Assembly: GCA_043745805.1 (NCBI GenBank)
Contig: JAYTSD010000029.1
Location: forward strand, 16,835 to 80,834
Direction: 5' to 3'
DNA: 64,000 nucleotides
From: Fibrobacteria bacterium
GTDB taxonomy: Bacteria > Fibrobacterota > Fibrobacteria > UBA11236
In this document: piece after piece, positions 47,473 through 55,915 of the stretch
Position numbering within the stretch: position 1 is the stretch's first letter
How the letters are laid out: every line of letters starts with the position of its first letter
The notes under the pieces: model-generated
Database searches by the model: none
What the model saw: the letters and a program-made list of their open reading frames with translations, nothing else
What the model was told of the DNA's origin: nothing
Program-made: the position numbers and the translations under genes

Positions 47473-48282
47473 TTATCCATGTCCTAAAATTTTAAGTAAC
47501 GCAATATCCAACCATTGTAAACGCTCTTGTTCTTTTAAGAATACTTGCCAAATTAAAGGTAATGCAAATATAGTAGTCAATATGCCTACTGCTATTTTTA
47601 AAGGCATGCCCAACATCCAAACATTCATTTGTGGCATCATTCGGGAAACTACCGCTAGGGCTATGCTTGACATAAAAAGTGTTACCACCACTGGTGCAGC
47701 GGCACGAATACCAAAACTAAAAGCTTGCGCCGACATTTCCGTAAAAACTTTTAGGACTTCAGCAAAATGAAATTGAGCCGAAGTCAATGGAATTTGCTGA
47801 AAGGATTCTCCAATGACTTGCAGATAAAAGCGATATCCTCCCGTGGAAAGTAATATCAAGGTGAAAATAATAAAGATTAAATGCCCTAAAGCCGAATCTT
47901 CTTCTTCCACTAAGGGATTATATAATTGGATCATCGTAAATCCCGTTTCTTGATCAATCCAATTGCCCGCTACCTGCATGCCGGTAAATACAAAGGTCCC
48001 TGCAAATCCCATCACACCGCCTACATAAATTTCCCTCATGGCTAGAGCCATAAAACCCATAAGACTATCGGGTATGGAAATGGTTTGTGGCGGTAAAGAG
48101 GGAAACAAAATAATGCTAATGAAAAAACTAATCCCCGCTTTTAAGGTATTGGGTAATTCTCCTGCCATTAGAATAGGTAGCATAAATATCATCATGCTGA
48201 CTCGAATTAAAACTAATAACCATAGTTCAAATTGCCCTACGGTCCAATCCCCTATGGTGGGTATGCTTTGTAGAGCAAGCAT
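47473..48282 (-). CDS. fliR: Flagellar export protein FliR
   Basis: AGNWID...GF, R.MPQMNV...G.PLK. Confidence 0.92.
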   Translation of the reverse strand: MLALQSIPTIGDWTVGQFELWLLVLIRVSMMIFMLPILMAGELPNTLKAGISFFISIILFPSLPPQTISIPDSLMGFMALAMREIYVGGVMGFAGTFVFTGMQVAGNWIDQETGFTMIQLYNPLVEEEDSALGHLIFIIFTLILLSTGGYRFYLQVIGESFQQIPLTSAQFHFAEVLKVFTEMSAQAFSFGIRAAAPVVVTLFMSSIALAVVSRMMPQMNVWMLGMPLKIAVGILTTIFALPLIWQVFLKEQERLQWLDIALLKILGHG

Positions 48283-48289
48283 TTAATAA

Positions 48290-48565
48290 TTATCGAAGCA
48301 GAGTAGGGATTAGATTAAATAATTCATTACAAAAACTTTTAAACAGTTGTAGCATCCAAGGCAAGAAAAAAAGCAAAGCTACACCCATAGTCACCAATTT
48401 GGGAATAAAAGTTAAAGTGGTTTCATTTATTTGCGTCGCAGCTTGAAAAACACTGATCACCAAACCCACGACAAGGGACAAAAGTAACATGGGGCCGCTT
48501 AATACCAAAACAATAAATAAAGTTTTTCTTCCAATATCAATAATCATTAATTCATTCATAATCAC
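48290..48565 (-). CDS. fliQ: Flagellar export protein FliQ
   Basis: FQAATQINETTLTFIPK. Confidence 0.96.
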   Translation of the reverse strand: MIMNELMIIDIGRKTLFIVLVLSGPMLLLSLVVGLVISVFQAATQINETTLTFIPKLVTMGVALLFFLPWMLQLFKSFCNELFNLIPTLLR

Positions 48566-48592
48566 TCCCTTGGCTTTTAAATCCTTGCACTT

Positions 48593-49366
48593 TTAGCGAA
48601 AACTTAAAACCAATTGCTGTATCACCAAATTCCAACCATCTACCAAAACAAAAAGAATCAATTTAAAGGGCATGGAAATCATCACCGGAGGAAGCATCAT
48701 CATACCCATGGACATCAGCACGGAAGACACAACCATATCTATTACTAAAAATGGAATGTAAATCAAAAAGCCTATAATAAAAGCAGAGCGTAATTCGCTG
48801 ATACAGAAGGCAGGTATAATGGTGGTGATTTTTAAATCATCGATATTTTTAGGTGCCGGTGCGCGACTTATTTTAACCATTAAAGCCAAATCCTTTTCTT
48901 GAACTTGCCTTAACATAAATTCACGCATTGGCCCCATAGCTTTATCAATAGCGATACGATAATCAATTTCTTTTTTCAAATACGGCTGTAAAGCTTGATC
49001 GTTGATTTTGGTAAAGGTTGGCTCCATAATAAAAAAAGTAAGGAATAAGGCTAACCCCATTACCATTTGATTGGGAGGTGTATTGGGACTTCCTAGAGCT
49101 TGTTTAAGAAAACCTAATACCACCACAATGCGCGTAAAACAAGTCATCATAATTAAAATAGATGGCGCTAAGCTTAATATGGTAAGCATAGCGACTAACT
49201 CTAAGGTAACCGCTACATCTTGGGGATTCTGCGCCTTGTCGAAGCTTAGATTTAATTTGGGTAATACCTGCGCCTGCGTAGATTGAGTAGTCAAAAATAT
49301 CAAAAGCAGTATGAAAAAAAATCCTAAAGTTCTCCAGAACTTGACCGACATATTGGATAGGAGCAA
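48593..49366 (-). CDS. fliP: Flagellar export protein FliP
   Basis: TCFTRIVVV, PPNQ, MGMMMLPP, FVLVDGW. Start may be ATG 49351. Confidence 0.97.
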   Translation of the reverse strand: MLLSNMSVKFWRTLGFFFILLLIFLTTQSTQAQVLPKLNLSFDKAQNPQDVAVTLELVAMLTILSLAPSILIMMTCFTRIVVVLGFLKQALGSPNTPPNQMVMGLALFLTFFIMEPTFTKINDQALQPYLKKEIDYRIAIDKAMGPMREFMLRQVQEKDLALMVKISRAPAPKNIDDLKITTIIPAFCISELRSAFIIGFLIYIPFLVIDMVVSSVLMSMGMMMLPPVMISMPFKLILFVLVDGWNLVIQQLVLSFR

Positions 49367-49368
49367 GA

Positions 49369-49935
49369 TTATCCTTCTTTCAAATAATCAGCCACTTTTT
49401 TAGGCTTCTTAAAGCGATCCAATAATTTATTCAAATTATCTGCAAACTCTGCGGTATTTCCATTTTTACTTTGCTGCTGCAAAATAGTTGTGGCTTGACC
49501 CTCTAATGTTTGTAATAGCGTGATTGCACTCGTGGTAACGCCAATAATTCCCACATCATTTTGCATGCGTAGGGCAATTATTTTTTGTTGTGTTCCAATA
49601 TGGCAAGTTTCCAATACTTCAAAAAATTGTCCGTTAACGGCTAAGGCCTTGCGCCCTAAACCCGATTGCGCTTTTTTAAGTAACCTTAAGGTTACTATCA
49701 TTAAAAACAAAACAAATAATAGCCCGCAAAATATTTGTGTACCAATAACCCAAATACTTTTACCTTCCGGAATTTCTTCTTGATTTGCAACTACAGAAAT
49801 AGGCGTGGGTGAACTCGATCCTTGCGCTATGTCTTTTTGCAATCGTTCAAATTTTTTATTCAGTTGTGCATCGTTGGATTGTCCAAAACCCAAAATCATT
49901 TGTAATAAAAATGCTATCCAAAAAATTCGCTTCAT
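49369..49935 (-). CDS. fliO: Flagellar protein FliO/FliZ
   Basis: Signal plus TM and a C-terminal beta domain (EVLET..IG...IIGVT...ITLL); lies between fliN/Y and fliP. Confidence 0.75.
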   Translation of the reverse strand: MKRIFWIAFLLQMILGFGQSNDAQLNKKFERLQKDIAQGSSSPTPISVVANQEEIPEGKSIWVIGTQIFCGLLFVLFLMIVTLRLLKKAQSGLGRKALAVNGQFFEVLETCHIGTQQKIIALRMQNDVGIIGVTTSAITLLQTLEGQATTILQQQSKNGNTAEFADNLNKLLDRFKKPKKVADYLKEG

Positions 49936-50921
49936 CGTAATTGCCGAATTCTTTCCTCTGGTGAAACCATTGTCAAAATTCTGATCCCAAAATATTCATC
50001 TACCACCACCACTTCACCCGTAGCCACAATTTTTTCATTCACAAGTAAATCAACAGGCTCGCCTGCCAAGCGATCCAATTCTATAATGGATCCAGGCCCT
50101 AATTCTAGAATTTTTCGAATACTTAATCGCGTGCGCCCTAACTCAATAGTCACATTGAGCGGTATATCTAAAAGCATTTTTACATTAGCCGGAGTATTCA
50201 CTAAACTATTTTCATAGGTATCAACTGCGCGTGAAGTTGTAGCGGGTTCTTCGGATGTCTCGTGATCATATTCATTTGCAACGGCTGAACTCCCCATGGA
50301 GACTTCACTATTTTTTTCTTGGCCAGTAAATCCATTGACTAAACCTTCATCAACAAGAATTTTTACTTCTTCATCAGGAAAGCCTTCAACACTTAAAGTC
50401 AAATCTAATTGCGCCCAACCATTCCCTTCAAATGGTGGTGGCTCACCTGGAAATATTATTGATTGTGTAGGCAAGCCAGTTATAGACATACCATATTTTG
50501 AACCTAAAGCCGTACAAAATGATCCTATCATTTGATTGCCTAATTCATTTAAGGCATCAAAATGATCTTCACAAAAAGGAGTTTTTCCATCTCCCATAAT
50601 CATGAGATCCGCTAAAATAGCACCTGTAGATTGCTTGATTAAAAAATCTAATTCGCCAGGTAATCCTTTTTCAATTCCTGAACGTAACAATAAGCCTTCG
50701 CTGGCAAAAATTTTACCTAGCGATTCCTTATCAATAGCCTTAATCCCATTAAGTACCAAATCCACAGAGCGACCGAGTACCGATTTAAGTACGGAAATAA
50801 ACTGCTCTCGCAGTACTTCTGTTGCAGGACGTATGGCATCTAAATTATCAACTTGCCCACCGAGTAAACCCATAGTGAGCGCATCGATATCAGCTTGACT
50901 CATCAATCCATCTTCAGTCAT
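49932..50921 (-). CDS. fliY: Flagellar switch protein FliY/FliN (CheC-like + SpoA)
   Basis: MSQADIDAL, DALNELGNQMIGS, LLDIPLNVTIELGRT...GEVVVVDEYFGIRI. Likely ATG at 50921. Confidence 0.85.
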   Translation of the reverse strand: MTEDGLMSQADIDALTMGLLGGQVDNLDAIRPATEVLREQFISVLKSVLGRSVDLVLNGIKAIDKESLGKIFASEGLLLRSGIEKGLPGELDFLIKQSTGAILADLMIMGDGKTPFCEDHFDALNELGNQMIGSFCTALGSKYGMSITGLPTQSIIFPGEPPPFEGNGWAQLDLTLSVEGFPDEEVKILVDEGLVNGFTGQEKNSEVSMGSSAVANEYDHETSEEPATTSRAVDTYENSLVNTPANVKMLLDIPLNVTIELGRTRLSIRKILELGPGSIIELDRLAGEPVDLLVNEKIVATGEVVVVDEYFGIRILTMVSPEERIRQLR

Positions 50922-51945
50922 CTTCGCCAATCTCCCGTTCGAGTAGAGAGGTGATTTGCACGCATTTGTTACGTCCAACCATGCCTATCTTCGCTAAAAA
51001 TTTGCTCTTTTCTTCTATTTTTACAACCAATTCACTTTCGGCAAGTTTATCTAATACTAATACATCGCCACGTCTTAATTGTAAAAAATCCCGTACATTT
51101 AATTGCGTATCCCCTATTACTGCCGTAGTAATTAATTCTGTAGAAGCGATTTCACTTTCAATTAAGCGACGTGTTTCTTGGGTAGAAGTTCTTTGGCCCG
51201 AAATCCACGACTCTCCGCTAAGCTTAGAAATTACTGGTTCTAGGAGCATAAATGGGAAACATAAACTGATTAAACCGGATCCATGTTTTAAACGTACTTC
51301 TAAAGAAATCAAAATAACCGTTTCATTAGGAGGCGCGATTTGTACAAATTGCGAATTGGTTTCGAAGCTATCTATTTTAGGTGTAAAAATACCTACATGC
51401 TCCCAAGATTCTTTCAAATTGATCAGCGCTCTTTCCACAATGGTACTCATGACATTTTTTTCAATGTCAGTCAATTCGCGACTGTGATCTATAGGCTTAC
51501 CTTCGCCTCCAAATAATCTATCTACTACTAAAAATACTAGATTCGGATTTACTTCGAATATGGCCGCACCTTCTAAAGGTTCCATTTGGAAAATGTATAT
51601 GCAACTCGGATTGGCCACCGACATTACAAATTCGGTATAAGTTAATTGATCGACAGAAACAATTTCCACTTCCACTAAACTGCGCAAATAAGAGCTCAAA
51701 GTGGTGGAAAGTGCGCGGGCATAGCCATCATGCAAATTTTGTAAAGCACGCATTTGATCTTTGGAAACTCTATCCGGTCTCCTAAAATCATAAATCATTA
51801 CGGGCTTAGAACTCGCGGGCTTATCTCCGCTGTCATTGCTATCAAAGCTTTGTGAAATGGAGCTCACTTCTTCAGTGGGCATTGTCCCAGCGGATACTGC
51901 GTTTAGGAGTGCGTCCACTTCCTCTTGAGAAAGAATATCACTCAT
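50914..51945 (-). CDS. fliM: Flagellar switch protein FliM
   Basis: LSQEEVDALL, YDFRRPDRVSKDQ, DRLFGGEG. Confidence 0.96.
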   Translation of the reverse strand: MSDILSQEEVDALLNAVSAGTMPTEEVSSISQSFDSNDSGDKPASSKPVMIYDFRRPDRVSKDQMRALQNLHDGYARALSTTLSSYLRSLVEVEIVSVDQLTYTEFVMSVANPSCIYIFQMEPLEGAAIFEVNPNLVFLVVDRLFGGEGKPIDHSRELTDIEKNVMSTIVERALINLKESWEHVGIFTPKIDSFETNSQFVQIAPPNETVILISLEVRLKHGSGLISLCFPFMLLEPVISKLSGESWISGQRTSTQETRRLIESEIASTELITTAVIGDTQLNVRDFLQLRRGDVLVLDKLAESELVVKIEEKSKFLAKIGMVGRNKCVQITSLLEREIGEDD

Positions 51946-51954
51946 ACCAAATCC

Positions 51955-52527
51955 TTATTGCACCAAAAATTCAGTAAAAAAAGCACTGCGAATTTTACCT
52001 TCTTCTTCTGGTAAAATTCCATTCACTTCGGTCACTATAGATTCGCGAATTCTTTGTTTCCCCGAGGCCTTAAGTAAATCGGCATACGATTGAGAACTCA
52101 ATATATTTATAATGATATCGGTTATTTTTGCAAGGCGATGCGACATGCCTTCAGCCATTTTAGGATATTTTTTTTCATCCCATTCCATTTGTACGGCACA
52201 TTTTAAATAATGCGATTCACTACCATTACTTACAATGTTTACCGTAAGCGCTAAGGGCTTTTCTAAAACATGGCCCATTTCCGTGGCTTCTTCATGTTTT
52301 TTCTTTTCTTCTTCCGCATTTTCTTTTGCTGCATCGGCTGTAGGATCTTTGGTTTTTAATTTGTTAACTATAAAAAAGGCCATGCCACCCATAATGGCTA
52401 AATCAGCAACAAGTATCGCGGCAATAATAATGATTTTTTTCTTGGCCGGATCAGCCGGTGGTTTATCGGCAGCCTTATCGCCCTTTTCGCCTTTTTCCGC
52501 AGAGGCTTCCTTTTTTTCTTCAGACAT
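51955..52527 (-). CDS. fliL: Flagellar basal-body protein FliL
   Basis: Single TM, VN..., FFTEFLVQ end. Likely ATG at 52527 after GGAG. Confidence 0.9.
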   Translation of the reverse strand: MSEEKKEASAEKGEKGDKAADKPPADPAKKKIIIIAAILVADLAIMGGMAFFIVNKLKTKDPTADAAKENAEEEKKKHEEATEMGHVLEKPLALTVNIVSNGSESHYLKCAVQMEWDEKKYPKMAEGMSHRLAKITDIIINILSSQSYADLLKASGKQRIRESIVTEVNGILPEEEGKIRSAFFTEFLVQ

Positions 52528-52783
52528 GATTAATTGCTCCATCAGTTGGCCAATGAGGAATGCCACCATCCCCATTTTCTTCACGGAAATTTTTAATGAT
52601 AGAAGGATAAATCATGCGTTTAAATTCTATCACTTTTTGAATGACTTGATCAACCGATTCACGTACTACATAACGTTTGCCATTTAAAAGTGTAATTCCC
52701 GTATCGGGAGTCGCATCGATAGACTCAATGAGTTCGGCATTCAACACTAATTCTTCTTTATTAAATTTGGTCACCTTAATCAT
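52520..52783 (-). CDS. flbD: FlbD-family flagellar protein
   Basis: MIKVTKFN...LNAELIESIDATPDT.ITL.NG. Likely ATG at 52783. Confidence 0.92.
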   Translation of the reverse strand: MIKVTKFNKEELVLNAELIESIDATPDTGITLLNGKRYVVRESVDQVIQKVIEFKRMIYPSIIKNFREENGDGGIPHWPTDGAINHV

Positions 52784-52887
52784 TGCGGCCTTTCCGCCTC
52801 CATTGTACTCATTCCTTTTACCCAGTTGCAAGTCACAGATTAATTAAACAATTAATCATCCGGATTAACTGCTTAAATTATTTCAGA

Positions 52888-55035
52888 TTATCGTTTTAAA
52901 GCGATTAATTCTTCTAATAAACTATCGCTTACAGTAATTACACGCGCATTGGCTTGATAGCCTCTTTGTGTAGTTATCATATCGGTAAATTCTTGGGCTA
53001 ATTCGACATTCGACAATTCCAATGAGCCAGGTTTAACAACGCTAGCACTTTGCGTACCGGGTATTCCAAGAATGGCATCGCCACTATTAGCACTAACCGT
53101 GTAAACACCATCTTTGATTTTTTGTAAACCACCGGGATTGGTAAAGTCTGCTATCATTATTTGTGCTAAAGCTTTATTTGTTCCGTTGGTAAACGCACCG
53201 GTTACCACACCATCTTCACCAATAGATACTTGTCTTAAGCGTCCCATGCCATAACCATCTTGATTAACCGCGCTAGCTGTGGTTGGCGAACGAAACTGCG
53301 TTAAGCCGGTGAAATCTTTTGGTCCGCCAACTTTCAATGTGGTTTTAACATTACCCGAACCATTTTTGGGATCAAAACTGAATTGCGAGGACCCATCATC
53401 AAATGTAAAGGAGGAAAGCGAACCATCTAATCCAAAATTTAATTTTCCTTTTTGTCCACTTAATATTTCCTCCTGTCCCGCCATTTTCATTTCCCAAAGC
53501 CAAGCATTAGCCGTTGCAGTGGGAATAAATTTCATAATAGCTGTATGCTCTTTACCCAAACCATCAAAAACTGAAATAGACGTTTCCGCAACACCAGTAT
53601 CTTGCGCGGCACGCAAGGAGGTAACATTGGTATTCGCATTAAAAGCATTTGGTGAGGGCTTGGTATTATTATTGTCATTCGATACTATAGCAATATCTTT
53701 TAAATCAAAAGATTTTTCGGGCATACCCCGAATCACAATGGCTCCATCAGGAATATTATCATCTGATCCGCCAGAATTTAAACTGACAGAAAAATTATTT
53801 TCTGCGGTGCCATCACGATCAGGCAATTTAAAATTGTCTTTAATCTTTGCTACCAAATCCGCCATCGTCGTTCCACCAGCGCCCGTAGCATAAACTAGTG
53901 CCGTCACATTATTTGCAGGTTTATCGCCAATACTTCCAGTGATATTAATCGCATCTCCCGCTTCCAGTCCTAAACTCAAACCCGTAGCATCAAAAACTTC
54001 GGACATTAAATCCGTACTTTTAGCCCCACTACGCAAAGTATCCGAAACAATAGCCAATGGCGCTGACCCAGCAGGAATGGTAGTAGGAACCGAAAAAGCA
54101 TTAGTAACCTTGGGGCTACTGATTGGACGATTACTGGTAACTTGAAAGCCTTTAATTATATTGGCATTACCGGAAATAGTAAGCGCACCGCGTAAATTGG
54201 CACTTTGTGCCATGGTAACGGAGGATACACTAGTCCCTAAGCCACCTAAATTTGCGGCCGATAAAAAAGCCGTCATAGCCGTGGTAACATTTGCCATCGT
54301 GGTATTCGCAGCCACAGTGAAGTTTTGTGTAACAGCGGTATTCGTAGCCGTGTCGGTAGCAGTAAAGGTTAATATATCCCCAGCCTTCATACCAAGATCA
54401 TCGCCTTTACCATTCATTAAACCTATTACACTGTCACCCGTTACAGCATGATGTAAAAATTTTTGCGTGTACGATACCGATCCTTTAGCCGCAGAGTCCG
54501 CATCCAAATTACGTGAATAAGCAATATTTTCAGTAGGTTTAGCAGGCGCTTCATCATTAAAAGGGACTTTGATATCCCCCACTAAAGCACCCGTAGGAAA
54601 TTTACCTTGGCTATCTGCCAATTTACCTTGTAATACATAACCATTGGTAGGTAACACTAATTTACCTTGCGAATCAAATTGAAAAGCGCCATTGCGCGTA
54701 TAATAAGTACCCTCTCCATTGGAGACTGCAAAATAAGCATTTCCTTCGATGGACAAATCGGTGATTTGTCCGGTACTTTCTAAGTTACCTTGCCCCAAAC
54801 GTGTATCAATAGATCCAATATGCATACCCAATCCTACCTGCATGGGATTAGTTCCGCCTTTACTTTCGGTGGATCGGTTTGCGCCAGATAATAATTGTGA
54901 TAAGGATTCCGTAAAGGTAACACGTGAGCTTTTGTAACCTACCGTATTTACATTGGCAATGTTATTACCAATTGTATCCATGCGTACCTGATGATTTCTT
55001 AAACCCGAAATGGATGCGTATAGTGACCTTAACAT
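52888..55035 (-). CDS. flgE: Flagellar hook protein FlgE (large, 715 aa)
   Basis: GNNIANVNTVGYK, YTRNG.F, LELSNVELAQEFTDMITTQRGYQANAR. Confidence 0.96.
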   Translation of the reverse strand: MLRSLYASISGLRNHQVRMDTIGNNIANVNTVGYKSSRVTFTESLSQLLSGANRSTESKGGTNPMQVGLGMHIGSIDTRLGQGNLESTGQITDLSIEGNAYFAVSNGEGTYYTRNGAFQFDSQGKLVLPTNGYVLQGKLADSQGKFPTGALVGDIKVPFNDEAPAKPTENIAYSRNLDADSAAKGSVSYTQKFLHHAVTGDSVIGLMNGKGDDLGMKAGDILTFTATDTATNTAVTQNFTVAANTTMANVTTAMTAFLSAANLGGLGTSVSSVTMAQSANLRGALTISGNANIIKGFQVTSNRPISSPKVTNAFSVPTTIPAGSAPLAIVSDTLRSGAKSTDLMSEVFDATGLSLGLEAGDAINITGSIGDKPANNVTALVYATGAGGTTMADLVAKIKDNFKLPDRDGTAENNFSVSLNSGGSDDNIPDGAIVIRGMPEKSFDLKDIAIVSNDNNNTKPSPNAFNANTNVTSLRAAQDTGVAETSISVFDGLGKEHTAIMKFIPTATANAWLWEMKMAGQEEILSGQKGKLNFGLDGSLSSFTFDDGSSQFSFDPKNGSGNVKTTLKVGGPKDFTGLTQFRSPTTASAVNQDGYGMGRLRQVSIGEDGVVTGAFTNGTNKALAQIMIADFTNPGGLQKIKDGVYTVSANSGDAILGIPGTQSASVVKPGSLELSNVELAQEFTDMITTQRGYQANARVITVSDSLLEELIALKR

Positions 55036-55090
55036 ATGACCTCCTCTAAACGATTAATTAATATTTATTTTACAGTTTTCTATTAAATTT

Positions 55091-55897
55091 TTAAGGATTA
55101 GCTTTAGCATTTTCCATGTGTACAATATCTTCCATGGCAACAAGTTGCCCTGCCACTTCTAGGCGCATGCCACTAGTAGTGTTGGTTATCCCTGTGACAG
55201 CCGAATCTAAAAACGCATATCCTGTATCCGCTGTGCCATCGGGAGTGGTAACCATCACCGAATATCTACCTGAAGGAGCATCGGTTCCATCGGATTTTTT
55301 GCCGTTCCAAGAAACACTACTTTCCCCATCTTTTTCGACATGCAAAATATTTACCGCTAAACCATCTTTGTCTACAATGGATACTACCGATTTGGATCCT
55401 GAATTAGTATGCACATTAAATTTGAGGGGCTCCTTGGAACCTTTTGTCCAAGCTAAGTTCGGAACTTGCACACGAACTTTTTTACCTATCATGGAAACTA
55501 AAGAGGCATCGCTTATGGTATTGGAACTCGTTTTTTGATCCTTCACTAAGCTTTCGATATTTTTGTTCAATGACTCCATCGAAGAACTAATATTTTGAGT
55601 TCCTTCTAGGGATGAAAACTGGGCGAGTTGAGCCACAAATTGTGTATTGTCCTGAGGATTGAGCGGATCTTGATATTTAAGTTGTGTCACTAAGAGATTG
55701 AGGAAATCTTGCTTTCCCATTTTATCCGAATTCGACCCAAATAAATTTTTCGTGTTTACTTTAGAAGTCCCATCCTTCGCAGTGGGAGCATCCGATGTTA
55801 CCGTTGTCCCATTAATCGTAGCCGTTACTACGGTTGGCTTTTTTTTAAGCGCATTAACTTCAGCGGTTTTTACGTTATCTACTGTTCCAGTACTCAT
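55091..55897 (-). CDS. flgD: Hook-capping protein FlgD
   Basis: DFLNLLVTQLKYQDPLNP, QLAQFSSLE, WNGK..DG..AP.G.Y. Confidence 0.96.
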   Translation of the reverse strand: MSTGTVDNVKTAEVNALKKKPTVVTATINGTTVTSDAPTAKDGTSKVNTKNLFGSNSDKMGKQDFLNLLVTQLKYQDPLNPQDNTQFVAQLAQFSSLEGTQNISSSMESLNKNIESLVKDQKTSSNTISDASLVSMIGKKVRVQVPNLAWTKGSKEPLKFNVHTNSGSKSVVSIVDKDGLAVNILHVEKDGESSVSWNGKKSDGTDAPSGRYSVMVTTPDGTADTGYAFLDSAVTGITNTTSGMRLEVAGQLVAMEDIVHMENAKANP

Positions 55898-55915
55898 AAT
55901 ATTTCCTTATAGTGC

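Noticed and set aside
52838-52857. GATTAATT-AAAC-AATTAATC palindrome after flgE
   Set aside because: Almost all A/T in an AT-rich genome; may be a weak attenuator but cannot be supported.
54500-54570. Spirochete-type lysinoalanine hook cross-link in FlgE
   Set aside because: The equivalent segment (NDEAPAKPTENIAYSRNLD) lacks the required Cys.
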